DNA from: Amoebidium appalachense
Lineage: Eukaryota; Protista; Ichthyosporea
Direction: 5' to 3'
DNA length: 64,000 bases
Assembly: GCA_963693365.1 (NCBI GenBank)
Contig: CAVNZM010000008.1
Location: 4,674,310 to 4,738,309 of the forward strand
The notes under the pieces were generated by a model, which was not told the DNA's origin, did no database searches, and was given only the letters and a program-made list of their open reading frames with translations. The position numbers and the translations under genes are program-made. The first letter of the stretch is position 1. Every line of letters begins with the position of its first letter. Below, in pieces: positions 22,479 to 38,520 of this stretch.

Positions 22479-23803
22479 TTAACCCCCGCTGATTGGAGGG
22501 ATAATGGCCACTTCGTCGGACGGGTGCAGGGTCAGAGACTGGGTCCTGTCTACGTACTCATGGTTGACGGCAAGCGCAACACGGCTGGCGATTGGCTGGA
22601 GGCTGTAGTTAAAAATTAATCAGACATGGTTATTGGATAGAGGCTGTAGTTAAAAAATAATCAGACATGGTTATTGGATGAATGCTGTTACACTCAGCAA
22701 GATTTGAATACTTGTGAGAGGCTTTGGACATGTATTTAAGATTTCATAAAACATGGACATTGGCTTCCTGCTATTCATGGCGTTGTGTCAGTAAAAAGGG
22801 GTCAGCGCTGGAGTGACTGAGATAGAGATAGACACACACACACAGAGAGAGAGAGACACAGAGGGAAGGGGGGGGGGGAGACGGGGAGCGGGGGGAGGGG
22901 GGGGGGGGGAGAGAGGGAGAGAGAGAGAGTGTGTGTGTGTGTGTGCTCGCGCGTGTGTGCATGTGTGGGGGTACAAAGGTATGCAAGTGTGAAGGTGTAT
23001 GCACGTTTGCCCCACGTGTGTGTTTGAGTGTCCATGATGGGTAGGTTGGTGCACAGAAGTGCGAAAAATGTGTAACCGTTGTGTGGGTGGGAAAATGTCG
23101 TGTGCCAAAGGGGTTGGTAGGTGTTTGTGTTATGGGGGCCGTGTGCAATCAGTGGGCGGGTGGATAAAGCAATGTGTGTGCTACGTGGGCGTATAAAAGT
23201 GGATTGTGTTTGGTGGGTGCATAAAGGTGCTGTGTGTAGTGTGTAGGTGTATAAAAGTACTTTGTGCAGTGTTTGGATGTTAAAATTAATGCACGTGTTA
23301 GGTGGGTGTACAAAAAGTATCGTGGGTATATAAAAATATTGTGTGTGCAGTGGTTGGGTGTATAAAAGTAATGTGGGTGTTAGGTGGGCGTACAAGATTG
23401 GTTTGTGTTTAAGGTGGGTGTATAAAAGTAATTTGCGTGTTCGGTGGGTGTATGGGTGTGTGGCTGTGTTGTTGCATGCGTGTGCGTGTGCGTGTGCCAA
23501 ATATTCATGTGTGTATGTTTCTCCCACCCAGAGGGTGAGGGTGGGGGTGGGGTGTGTGTGTGTTTGTGTGTGTGTGGGGGGGGGGGGGAGGGGGGGAGGG
23601 GGAGGGGGGACACGTAGTGAAATGAGCTATGCATGTAGAACTTCCAAACCATGATAACACTTGGCTTGCAGAACAACTCTGAGCGAAATATTTGCTCTCG
23701 TTTCTTTGTCCTTTTCCCCCAAGCCCTCTCGTTGTTCGTTTTTTATAATTTGGGGGGGAGGGTGGAAGGGGGGGGGGGGGTGGGATTCTAATTTCTTCTT
23801 TTT

Positions 23804-23847
<44 letters not shown>

Positions 23848-25274
23848 AGCCTTCATCGTTATAGTATTAATAAATGTGGTTTGGTTGTAAAAGGAGGCAA
23901 GTATAAGGCCCGAAGTAATGGTGTCCTGATTACAGCTGGAAAAAATAACAAAAAACATGATAGGTTGGTGAAACGGAACAGAGGGATTATAAGGTTGGTG
24001 ATGAGGAACGATGTTTACATGCTGTGTAAAAAATAGAACAAAACGTGCAGTGTATGCGCAAGTTGGCTTTCTATTTGTATTTCCTTGTTTATTGTAGTTT
24101 GCTTTAATTTATTTATTTTTGTTGGGGGGGGGGGGGGGGGGTGGAGGGGGGAGGGGGGGAGGGGGGAGGGGGAGGTTGAGGGGAAGGGGCAAGACCTACC
24201 CGGGGTATAAGGAGACTATGGCATCCAAAAGGGCCTGGCCGGTGCTCTCTTTCTGGACAGTGACCAAGGCCTCCCTGCAGCCACACAGCTCACGGCTCTT
24301 TGCAAAAAAAAGAACACGGACCTATACATAGCACATGGGTGTCAGCCGGGGTACACTTGCATCTACAGTATCAGTGTGTGTCTCATCAGTCCTCCCCCTT
24401 CCCCCCTCCCCCCCCCCCCCCCCCCCTCTCCCCCCCCCCCCCCCCCCCCCCCCTCCCCCCTCCCCCCTTCAACCCCCTCTCCCCATGCCTCTCACTCTGA
24501 AAAAATCGACCAAAAGCCAAAAGGTAAGGGTTTGGGGTGGGGTGTGTGCATGGTTTGATTTGTTGCTATGGGCAGGGTGAACTGCAGAAGCGGTGTTGAC
24601 CGAGCCCGGGGGGAGAGGAGGTGCGTGTGTGTGTGTTTGTGTGTGTGGGGGGAGAGGGGGGGGGGGAGGGGGGGGGGGAGGGAGCGGGGGGGGTTTGGGG
24701 TTTGAATGCGTCATAGAGTACGAAGTACACATGAACAACGGATAACATGATGCAGAGTGCAAACCATACATAAGAGTATGCATAATAAGCAGAGTCCATC
24801 CTCAGGGGGGGGGCCTCGTCATCCAATCGGCAAAATGTCCGGTGCCCAGTTCCAAAGGCACTTGCTACGTGTCTGATATGTGCGGCTTTAACACTTTCCT
24901 CTTTTACATGATGTTTGCTCGGCCTTTTCTATATTTATATCCAACCTTTTCTAAATTGTTGTCCAGAAGTGTGGGTGAACGTGTGATAAGTGCAACCGTT
25001 TTTTCTGTGCGGGCAGTGAATGGGCGGGCAACAAGGAGGGGGCGGGGGTGGGGTTGGGGGTTGGGAGAGGGGGCGAGGGGAGGGAGCGCGAGGGGGGGCA
25101 AGGCAGACAGCCAAAGAGAGAGGGCGGGGAGGTGGTGTGAAAGAGAGATTAGGGAGAAAGAAAGAAAGCGAGGGGGGGGGGGGAGGGGGGGGGGGGAGGT
25201 GAAGGAGGAAAACGAGAGGGGGAGGCGGGAGGGGGGAAAGATAGAGGGTGAGGAACGGGAGAAAGAGAAAAAAA

Positions 25275-25305
<31 letters not shown>

Positions 25306-25332
25306 TACCTCCACAGTGGAGGCTGTGCTCAT
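22479..25332 (-). CDS. MOCS2A: Molybdopterin synthase sulfur-carrier (small) subunit, MoaD/MOCS2A, 3 coding exons
   Basis: Exons 25332-25309 (MSTASTVE), 24321-24200 (VRVLFFAKSRELCGCREALVTVQKESTGQALLDAIVSLYP) and 22602-22479 (GLQPIASRVALAVNHEYVDRTQSLTLHPSDEVAIIPPISGG*). Phases are consistent. The ThiS/MoaD motifs VLFFA, LAVNxEY and DEVAIIPPISGG are present. The ORF track misses this gene. Confidence 0.95.
22600..22679. repeat. 41-bp tandem duplication that copies the acceptor of the last MOCS2A exon
   Basis: aggctgtagttaaaaa(t/a)taatcagacatggttattggat occurs at 22600 and 22641. Confidence 0.9.
23150..23455. repeat. Degenerate ~30-bp minisatellite (core gggtgtataaaagta), about 10 units, in a MOCS2A intron
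   Basis: Recurring gtgggtgtataaaagta-like units seen directly. Confidence 0.75.
24701..24803 (-). repeat. Copy of the ~110-bp dispersed poly-C-tailed intronic repeat
   Basis: The reverse complement closely matches 47941-48040 (ctctgcttattatgcatactct...gtgtacttcgtact...gacgcattcaa). Confidence 0.85.
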
Positions 25333-26409
25333 GTTGCCCCTTTGTATATTGTCAGACACAAGAACCTGCAAGTGGGTAATGCCAAGCTGTTATGCAGAAA
25401 GGGAGGATGGGGCAAGGAGGGCGACAAGTTAGACTACCACGGAGGACGTGGGGCGAAGACACACTACAGAAACGCAGTAGACCTGTAAAGAAAGGGGTAC
25501 ACAAAGAGTAGAGCGGAGAGGGAAGGGAAAGAAGAACGTTTGTATGTGTGTGTGTGTGTTTGTACGCGCGCGCGCGCGCGTATGTGTGTGTGCACGTGCG
25601 TGTGTGCGTGTGTGCGTGCGCGTGCGTGTGTGTGTGTGTGTCATGACAGTCAGGTTTGAAGCGAGCATTTTGGCGGGAATTTTTGGCGCGAACCCACTGC
25701 GCATGCATGCAACCCAAAGTGCAGCTGCAGGTTTCATGCTTCGTGCTCTATGATGATTTCCAACTCTCCCTCCTCCCTCCCTCACTCAGCCTGCAACGCA
25801 CGAAGCAGTGACGTTTTTCTTAAAGGCCACCGACATGTTCCCGAAGGCAGCCAAGCAAGCAAATATGGATCTGAACAGTCCCTCGTATGCACTCCCCCCT
25901 TCCCCCCTCCCCCCCCTTTCCCCTTGCCCTCCGCGTTGCATACACACGAGGCCGAGCATCCGTGCATGTGCCAGTGATTAGTCACTCCACAATGTACACA
26001 TAAGCAATAACTCAAACCTTCACACTGACATATGTACGGGGTTTATGCTGTTTACTCGAGGCGCAGAAAGGCAGAGAGCCCAGTCTCATACACACTCCCC
26101 CACACATCCATTCGCAGTTTTGTCTTGTGTACACGTGCACGCGTGCACACAAAGACAAATGATTGTTTACATAGATGTATCATGCACACGCAAGCACACA
26201 ACGCACGCACACACACAAGCACTCATTCCCTGGCTCTGACACACGCGCTCGTGCACAGTCATGTACACTTTTATCGGGTGTACCCGCACTGTGCGCGCAC
26301 ACATAGACGCATACATACACGGTCACATTCACACAGGCACCCCTGCAACCCCCCCCCCTCACCCCAACACACACACACACACATACACACGCACGCACGC
26401 ACGCACGCA

Positions 26410-26484
<75 letters not shown>

Positions 26485-27186
26485 AACACACAAAAATCCC
26501 CGTCCTGCCCGGCCCCATGATTTTGGAAGAAATTCTGCACCCCCCCTCCCCTTCCCTTTCTCTACACTTTTCGACATCAAGCCGTTGATGAAAAGATGTA
26601 GTTAGGAACCACTGCCGACCAAGAGGGTTTCTAAAGAAACAATTCCTTTTCTTTTGTGCACGCACGTGGGGCTCTGGTTAGGTACCTTCTGCCTGCACGT
26701 GTTCATTTCGTCTTTGTGCTTTGTGCTTTTCTCTTTTGTGTTTTTTGTATTCATGGTTGCCTCCCTCCCCTCCCCCCTCCCCCCTCCCCCCCTCCCCCCC
26801 CCCCCCCCCCCCCCAAAAATTGATACCCTTTTGGCCCCCATCTCTCTCCCTCCCCCTACTTGACAACCCCCTCCCCCTTCCCCCATGTATTACTCTTCCT
26901 TGCATATGTTGGTGGTTCTTTTCTTTGCACGTGTGTTTTTGGCTGTGTTTGGACTGGCTTTGTTTGGGTGGACGTAGACCTTTACCTACTTCTCGCTGCT
27001 AACCAATGCTCTGTTTCCCCCATCTTTTCTCTATTGGTATTGGTCTCTCATTGACCAGGAACTTCTGTTCTTTTCTTTTCTTTTTTCTTTGGGATAGTTC
27101 CCATGGAAGTATTCGCATCTGAGTTACTAGTGAAATAGAGTGCTCTTTTCTTTCAAATTTTTAACTTCTTTTCTGTTGCTCCACAG

Positions 27187-27436
<250 letters not shown>

Positions 27437-27496
27437 CTGTGTGTGTGTGTGTGTGCCTGCCTGTGTGCCTGCCTGTGCCGCCTGCCTGCCTGCTCG

Positions 27497-27573
<77 letters not shown>

Positions 27574-27787
27574 GTGTTCGCGTGCGTGTGTGTGTGTGGG
27601 CGCATGCGCGCGCGCACACACACACACACACAGACACACACACACACACACACAACTAAACACATGCTCATATACATAAACCCGCACACCTAAATACATT
27701 CGCATACATCACATGTGCTTGCGTACACCCACACACACACCCACACACACACACACACACCCACACACCCACACCCACACCCATACA

Positions 27788-27819
<32 letters not shown>

Positions 27820-27820
27820 G

Positions 27821-30576
<2,756 letters not shown>

Positions 30577-30899
30577 GTATATTCAAATTGTTAGTGGATA
30601 TTGGGGATTGTTTATACGAGAAACGGCGGTCTAAACTGTATGTGGATGTGAATATTTGGTGTACTGGATACACGTGCCGTGCATTTACGTGGTGCTGTCG
30701 AGGTTGCTTGGTTATCCAGGGGCATGTGTGGTAATCGACCTCTCTATTCTTGTGAGTACAGATGCTGTCCGCCATTAAGACCCACCCAAAAAAACTTGGT
30801 CGCGGTGCATATTCTTAAAGTGTTTGCATGGCCGCTATCATATTCTTGAATGGGAAGTATAGACTGAATTATTGAACCATGTCAAATCATCAGAGACTT

Positions 30900-31437
30900 A
30901 CCTTTCTCCGTAGAAAGTCCCTCATATTATTGATTTGCACAGAGATCTCCCCCTGTTTTCTTGTGGTGACGGTAAAATAACACTCGATGCAAACTGGCTG
31001 CTGCGCTCTATGAACCACCACTGCAGCTTGCTTGATTTGGCGAGGGCACTTGAGCGCCGGGGGTGAATCCTGTGTCGTAAAAAACTACATCAGTATCATC
31101 AAGTTGGTGTGGCAGCAAGAAGTGTGTGGCATGGTATTTGTATTAACCTATAAATGCAGCTTCACTACAAATGGATATCGATTCTCTCGTTGATATTTTT
31201 CATTCAGATAGCTTCTGGCAACTGGCAACTTACGTAAACATAGATGTTATCTTCAGATATGAAACATGGCGACTGAGCTCAAACAGACAACTTCATAAAG
31301 AATGGGGGTCCGTTAGGAACTCAGATTACGAGCATAGTCACCATGATCATCATGGTCTATGGGAAGAGTGCCATAGTGAAAGGGGGTATTTTTATCATCA
31401 AGTTTTGAACGTTCAAGTAAAGGCATTTCGTGGGGGA

Positions 31438-31468
<31 letters not shown>

Positions 31469-33827
31469 TGAGGGGAGGGGGGACACTCGGAAGGGCCCAG
31501 AGGGAAGGGGAAGGGGGGGGGGGGGGGGGGGATGAGTAATCCAACATCGCCGTTGAGAAGGGAGGGGGGAGGGGAAAGGGGGGAGGGAGGGGGGGAATCT
31601 CGGAAGGGCTCCGGGGGAAGGGGAAGGGGTGGAGGGGCCCGGGGGGAGGGGAAATGAGTAATCTAACATTGCTGTTAAGAAAATCCAACAGGTCATGGCT
31701 GTGACATGTACAAGTGGATACTTACCAGCTCAATAGCAGCAACCTGGACCACTGCCTTGGCAGCAGCTATATGGCTGATATCGTTTTTGTTGACTCGAAG
31801 CTGCTTTCTTAAGATCTGCCAAGTTGCGTCGTCAACCGTGAATAGAGACAGGATCAACCTATCAACCGCAAAATGAAGAGTGCCATAGCGGATGTGGTTG
31901 CCTACGCAGTCATCGGAGAGCTCAAACGTGAGCTGCAACCGTTTCCCGGTGTTAGTTCCTATGAAAGCACTGTTAGGTAAACCTTTCAATCAAGTACCAT
32001 ATCAAGTTTTAAATGACCTGCTGTGAACGCGAATAAACATTCGATTATATCTGAACACCACGCGGCCTCTTCCTACGCACTACAACTGAGAACGATAATT
32101 GCCTAGCTTAAGCACCCGCCCCTCCCCCCCCCCCCCTGCCCCTCCCTCCCTCCCTCCCCCCCCCCCCCCCTCCCCCCCCCAATTCAAATTAACCAACGTT
32201 TTACTGCCAGAGTTTTGAGTTCTATTCCAAGTACTTGCACAACAGTAGTCGTTTCAGGAGTTATTTTGTTCCCACTGAGTTTTTTATTCTATTCATGGGG
32301 AGACGACCGTAAGTTATCAATGACCATGGGGGTAGTTTGCGATGAGAATTAATCGAGTCCTCAGATATTGCTTAGCTTGAAAGCAGCACCTTTACTGTCA
32401 TAGTGAGCCACGTATGACGAATTAGCCGGTACAGGCAGCATGAGACTCTTAGCAGTGTCGAAGGACCACCACAACACCCGCTCTCGCAGCATAGGAAGCA
32501 AGTGCTTGATCGCTGAAGCATATTTGGAGCTGGTTGAATCCCATACATAAATGTCCTGTGGAGGGTAGGCTTTTGGTCAGCTCTATAGCCTCAAGTGTTT
32601 TGAGAAATAGTTTGGATACTCTCAGTACATATTAGTATACATAACCAGAGCTACTATAAATCTGGACCCACATTACTTCATAACTCCCCCCCGGGGCCCC
32701 CCCCTCCCCTCCCCCCCCCCCCCCCCCCCCCCCCCCGGCGCCTGCTAGTGTCCGAGAATTTCTTCAAGCTCCCACGTATTTGAAGCTCAGAGTGAATTCT
32801 GGCATAATTATATGCCCCTAATAATGACTGCTGTCAATTACCTTGTCTGCATTAGCATGCTCCGGCAAACGTAGTGTGGATGAAACGGCGGACCTTGCTT
32901 GAGAGTTCTGAGCTGAGGGTGGTGCTGTTAATCCACAGTCACTGAATCAGATCATGATACATGGTGAAGGTTCTACAATTCATGACTAACAGTATTAATG
33001 TCATCACGAGGCCATCCCGGATACCAGAACTTACATCATGTGATTATTGCAGTAACAAAATATTGAATATTAAAAGCATTACACAGTACCGGCAAATCAT
33101 CCTCAAAATGTGCAACCTTGGATTTCAGTAGTAATTTTTGATTTGAGTGTCACCCCACGTGATTTCCTGGTACTAAAAAAAAACATGCTGCCATGCATTA
33201 ATATAAGCAACATCCAGGCTAGTTTGGTCCACATACTGCCTGTACTTGAAATAACTTACACGATGCTCAGGAGAGATTACTTGCACCGTCATGATGTATT
33301 AGTAAGTTGTTGCAGCTGCCATCTAGAGCGAGTGACACGGAAGCAGATGTAATATGGAATCATGGGAACTTATATCAATGTAGCCTACGGTACATTGCCG
33401 GGGTATTAGCTTAGGTGCCCGGTACTATAACTTGTCTGTTCAGTGGTTGATCTTGTTGCAGCCTTGCTGCCAGTTTTGCCGATGCCTGCAAGGTCACAGC
33501 AATTAGCACTTACTCAGTTGTACACCACATAATATGCCAATTAATGCTGCATGAGCTTAAACTGGGCAACACACGAACAGCAAACAAAACGAACTCAATA
33601 GGTAAGCAGAGGTGGTGGCTGGCAGAGCCTTGGGCTCCCCAATCCCAACATTCAGATCAGTGCTAGCGCTTGCAAAATGCTTCATCGTAGTCGAAACAAG
33701 GTTTGTGTACTTACCCATGCAGCAAGCATTGGAGTCCACTCAGATACAAATCAATGGTGACAGCAGTGTAGTTAGGCCCCGTGGAAAAAGCTTTCATGAC
33801 CATGCCCTCCGTGCCATGCTCAAACAC
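30900..33827 (-). pseudogene. Decayed multi-exon gene with short introns, product unidentified (possible transposon relic)
   Basis: Repeated GTAAGT donors with short introns. Exon-like segments: 33827-33715 (VFEHGTEGMVMKAFSTGPNYTAVTIDLYLSGLQCLLHG); 32555-~32195 (DIYVWDSTSSKYASAIKHLLPMLRERVLWWSFDTAK..., 3 in-frame stops); and ~32017-31726 (SFKT*YGT*LKGLPNSAFIG...AAIEL), which joins the previous segment in phase 2. Confidence 0.5.
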
Positions 33828-33995
33828 CTGTAGGAATTAAGCAACCAGTTAGTCGAAGTTTCAGCTGAAGCACCCTGTGAGGATACCTATCATCGGCATC
33901 GGATGAGCGGCCCTTCTGCCTGACACCGTGACGGGTCTGCAGAGCAAATTTTTTTCAGTCTTTTTATTTAGGGGGCAAAAGAACACACCGGAACC

Positions 33996-34047
33996 ATGGC
34001 GGAGAACATTGAGAGACGTCCCATACAGCCTGAGGACACGAAGGGAG
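33996..34047 (+). CDS. Possible first coding exon (MAENIERRPIQPEDTKG) of a small or fragmentary gene
   Basis: accATGg start context and a GAG|GTGTGC donor followed by a typical repeat-rich intron. Downstream exons could not be assembled reliably. Confidence 0.3.
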
Positions 34048-34442
34048 GTGTGCGTGCACGTGTGTGTGTGTGTTTGAGCGTGTGTGTATGTCGGTAACTT
34101 GCAGCTAAGAGACGAAGGTGATCACCCCCCACGATCTCGTGTTACTCGTGCGTACATGCTAGCGGCCGCCGGGAGGGGGGGGGAGGGGGGGGGATGAGGA
34201 CCCGGGCGGCCGGAGATGCTCTATAGGAGAGAAGGTCGGGTGTGGTGTGTGCTCCTGAGGGGAGGAGGGGGAGATCCTCGGAGCCTTCGGGGCGCGGGGG
34301 GGGGGGGGGGGGGGGGGGGGAGGAAGGGGGGAGGGGAGAGGGGGGGGGGCAGGGAGAGAATGAAAGAGGGAGAGAGAGAGATAGGGAGAGAGAGAGAGAG
34401 AGGGAGAGAATGGGAGAGAGGGAGAGAGAGAGAGAGAGAGAG

Positions 34443-34588
<146 letters not shown>

Positions 34589-35003
34589 TCAGGGAGAGAG
34601 AGACAGAGAGCGAGAGAGAGACTGAAAGAAAGAGGGAGGGAGCTCGAGGGAGGGAGGGAGGGGGAGGGAGGGAGGGAGGGAGGGAGGGAGGGAGGGAGGG
34701 AAGGAGGGAGGGAGGGAGGGAGGGAGGGAGAGAGAGAGGGCTGGGCGAAGGGACCACATTGCAAAGGTGGCCAGCGAAGGGGGGGGGGAGGGGGGGGGGA
34801 GGACGGGATGGAATACGGTATTCAAGCTAGAAGAGGAGTATCGAGGAGGGCAAGGGATGGCGGTGAGTGCGAGGGAAGGGGCCCCAGCTGCTGTGTATGC
34901 ACGTGCAGCAGTGTTCAACTGACAGTGTGCACGTACACGTGACTGTGTGTGTGAATGTGCATGTGTGCATGTTTCTGTGTGTGCAAGGGTATATGTGTGA
35001 GAC

Positions 35004-35090
<87 letters not shown>

Positions 35091-36054
35091 ACGTGTGGTT
35101 GAGTTTGTTGCTTTTAGATTAATGTACCTGTGGAGGGGGTAAGGGTAGGGGAGCCGGGGGGCTGGGGAGGGGAGGAGAGTAGTAGGCCCTGTAGAGTTGT
35201 GACAGTAGATCCAGAAAGAGGAGCCCTGGCGTGCCAATGGTTAAACTTTGTGACTTTCATGTCTTCATTTTGTTTATGAAGTTGTCCGAATGGTTGTTTG
35301 GGGGGAGACCGTCTGTAGCATGTATTGGTAAGATTATGATTCAGGGGGAACACATTCCATTCAGTCCAACATGCATGCATGACGTGAGCTCTGATGTACA
35401 CGGCCCGGGAAGGGGGGGGGGGGGGGGGGGGGGGGGATGGAGGGAGGGTCTTTTTTTGCTTGAACACTATCTTGGCCAAATTTAGTTCTGTAACCTGAAC
35501 CTACAAAATAGCAAGATTCTGGTATCATTGTTGTGCGCAGACAATGGTCTGTGCGGAAAGGGTTCACTGTACTTATTGTATTCGAATACTTCATGATTCA
35601 GTAATAATACAACACTTTATGAGTATACAACGTAGAGCGCCAGGTGTGTGATTTACGGTCAATAAAAACTCGGCACCATACACCTTTATGTTTTTAAAAC
35701 TGTGTCAAGCGAATACTGTAGTGTACATATAGACAAGTTGCCGAAAACTCACTACCATACACTTCGAACCTGTTATAAGCATCATAGAATCATAATACAT
35801 AGAAGTTCGGCGCCATATTGTACACCGAATCTCCAACTAGTAAGAAAACCAAATTGCGTCCAAGTGGTGTTGATATTCCCTTACGTAATAGTATGACTTC
35901 TCCCACGCTTCCAAAAAAAAAAACTTAATAACCACACCACCACCGTGGCTATATATTCAAATGATGCCCTGAGAGATGATCACGAGTTGATGTCCCTAGG
36001 GTCCGATCCCTTTCGTTTGGCCATTAGGGGAAAAGCAAGGCCAAAACTGCCTGC

Positions 36055-37410
36055 CTACATCCTTCGTCTTTCCACATTACTTAGAGAATATTTTGGTGCC
36101 GGTGAGAACGGATGAAACAGACTCTTCTTCCACAGCAACACCGCCTCCTCTCTCACCTGGTGGCTATCCCTCACCGCACCACCGTCGTTCAAAGGCGGCC
36201 CGTCTTCTAGTGGCCCCACGGGCTTAAAGGTCTCCCATATCCGACCATCTATCACGTGTTTGATCGTCTTGAGGTGCACGTGAACAGAATGGAGCACGGC
36301 TGCCGCTGCATAAATCCAGCCAATCCACTTGAAGAACCCAAAACCCGTCACCGTGTAGAGCTCGTAAACGGAAAAAACGTGCGTGCAAAAAGGGAATATC
36401 ATGCCCCACCAGCCCAGACTGAACGGGAGCCCCACGTAGTCGGCGGCATTCCTATCCTCCTGTCTGTTCTTCACCCCCGTGCCGACCGGATTTACCCTCC
36501 CCAAGAGGAGATACCACTTCCTTGCGTGGTGCAGCGACATTACAATGCTGGCATACAGCCACCACGTGCCGATGGCCCACAAGCACACCCCGGCAACGAT
36601 ACCAAACCCGGGAAACATCAGCGAAAGTGAGCAAAACGGACTGAAAAGCGCGAACGCGGTCCCCGCAGCCGGTTGCAACGCCGCTTGCACGTGTGCAGAC
36701 GAGGGACAGTAATAGCCGGTGTTTCCGAGCACACCCCCTTGCTTTCCAAGCCGAAGAATTGTGTTTGCCCCCTGTCCAAACGGCCCAACTACCACCCACA
36801 CAGCGTTGACGATGCCTTTCCCCGGGACGCCGCGCAACAAAATGCGAATGAAGAGTGCCGAAATCACAAGCGAAGACAAAAACAGGCCCCAGCCCCAAAT
36901 CGCCAAAGACACAAACAGGACAATGGACGACCTGTAATCGTCCAGTTCGGCGCAAAGAGTCCCGCCACAGGCCGCGACATGTATGTTTGGGATGAAGCAA
37001 AGGAGCCAAAGCCCATTTACACTTTCGAAGGTCTGCTGCTGCCTTACTGCCATAAGGTACGGAACGAAAAACGTGGAAAAGACTGCGAGGACAACCAGAA
37101 CCCAAAAGAACACATACGTGACCTCAACTGCCGCACTTCTGCTCATGGACAAACTCTCTCCGAAAGTCATAAACCCGAGCACCACGGTGGTTAAACCCAT
37201 GACAGCAGCGCCGAAAAACAAGGGCTGCACTGGGTGGTCAAGCATCTTCATTACACCCCTAGGGTACTTGAAGCACCTGGCAAGAAAAAGCGCCGCAAAG
37301 AGCACCCAGTAGACCGAGCTCCACAACCAGACGACAAGGCCTATCCAGTGCAGTGCCGCCTTGAAATTTCCTGTATTAATGTTTAATTTTAATTTTTTTT
37401 TTTTTGTGTG

Positions 37411-37464
<54 letters not shown>

Positions 37465-38221
37465 GGGGGGGGGGAGGGGGAGAGGGGGGACGGGGAAGAG
37501 GAGGGCGTGTGTGTGTGTGTGTGTGGGGGGGGGGGGGTTGAGAGGAGATAAGAACACTGTTCACAATCAGAACGAACAACTACTGCATTTTATTAAAACC
37601 CAGCCCTGACTGAAAAGCAGTCCCTAGAGCGATGGAAAGAAAAGGCGTGGAAGGAATCAGGGATTCTTGGAGAGTTTAAAGGGGCGGAGGAGAATGTATT
37701 ACCCAGTACGAACAAAAAAATGAAAGACCAACAAGATGCACAGAACACCATCCTGTGGCAAAAATGGTTGCACTGTACAGGGGTATGCAACAAGGAGATC
37801 CTCACCGGAGAGGATCCCCCTCCCCCCCTCCCCCCCCCCCCCCCCCCCCTCCCCCCCCCCTCCCCCCCCCCCCCCCCCCCCCCCTTCCTCAAAAAGGCTG
37901 CTAAGGGCGCCAACTCAATCATAAATTTTCGGTGTCTTGTCTTGACTCTTTTGCTCAGAGATGCATACCGATGCCTAGGTGAGCAGGCATGGACAAACCT
38001 CTCTTGCAGAGAAAAAAACCGAATGTTTACAAGGGAGACATGAAAAACACCGAAGAGGAAGTTGTTACCGGGGCTGCCGGCTTTTTGAAGTTAAAGCCAT
38101 ATACATACAAGAAAAGCAAGAAAAATGCAAAGAGTTAGTCGTCAAACAGGGCGGGGAGGGGGAAGGGGGGGAGGGGGCGGGGGGCGGGGGGTTGGATGGG
38201 GGAGAGGAGGAGAGTAGGGAA

Positions 38222-38254
<33 letters not shown>

Positions 38255-38520
38255 GAAGGGCTACCTCTAGTGTCAGGGACACCGTCAATGACAAATGCAG
38301 TTCCACCCCAGCCCATTGTCACACCAAACCACGCCAACTGGAAGTTCCTGACAATCTCATAGCTGTGTTCTGAAACACCGGTTGTTGGTAATGCATCTTT
38401 AGTCTGAGAAAAACCACTTTCTGTTGTCAAACCATTTCGGGCTTCTTGTAGGGAGGTGGGTGCTGCTGCTGTGAATGGTTGCCCGTGTGTGGGCAGAGCG
38501 GGTCCGTTACTGCGCGACAT
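36055..38520 (-). CDS. TDT/SLAC1-family anion transporter (Ssu1/Mae1/TehA-like), 2 exons (~523 aa)
   Basis: Exons 38520-38265 and 37370-36055 join in phase 1. There are about 10 hydrophobic segments. Family motifs: NFQLAWFGVTMGWGG, HPVQPLFFGAAVMGLTTV, WLLCFIP, VGPFGQG, LPFSLGWWGMIFP. Confidence 0.9.

Noticed and set aside
22442-22481. Stop-codon reassignment or readthrough producing the MoaD-MoaE fusion
   Set aside because: There are two consecutive TAA codons. Other genes here end in TAA (MOCS2B), TAG (TDT) and TGA (ankyrin gene), and intact exons have no in-frame stops, so the standard code fits.
23150-23455. CRISPR-like array or cluster of TATA promoters
   Set aside because: The units are degenerate with no unique spacers, the context is a eukaryotic intron, and no cas genes are present. 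It is a minisatellite.
31171-31539. Plus-strand 122-aa ORF (MDIDSLVD...)
   Set aside because: It is antisense to the decayed minus-strand gene, ends in a G-run, and has no recognisable motif.
30900-33830. Foreign DNA using an alternative genetic code; a DEDD exonuclease motif near VVFYDTG (~31080)
   Set aside because: All three stop types and frameshifts occur, which fits decay better. The motif lacks the second acidic residue and the frame breaks soon after.
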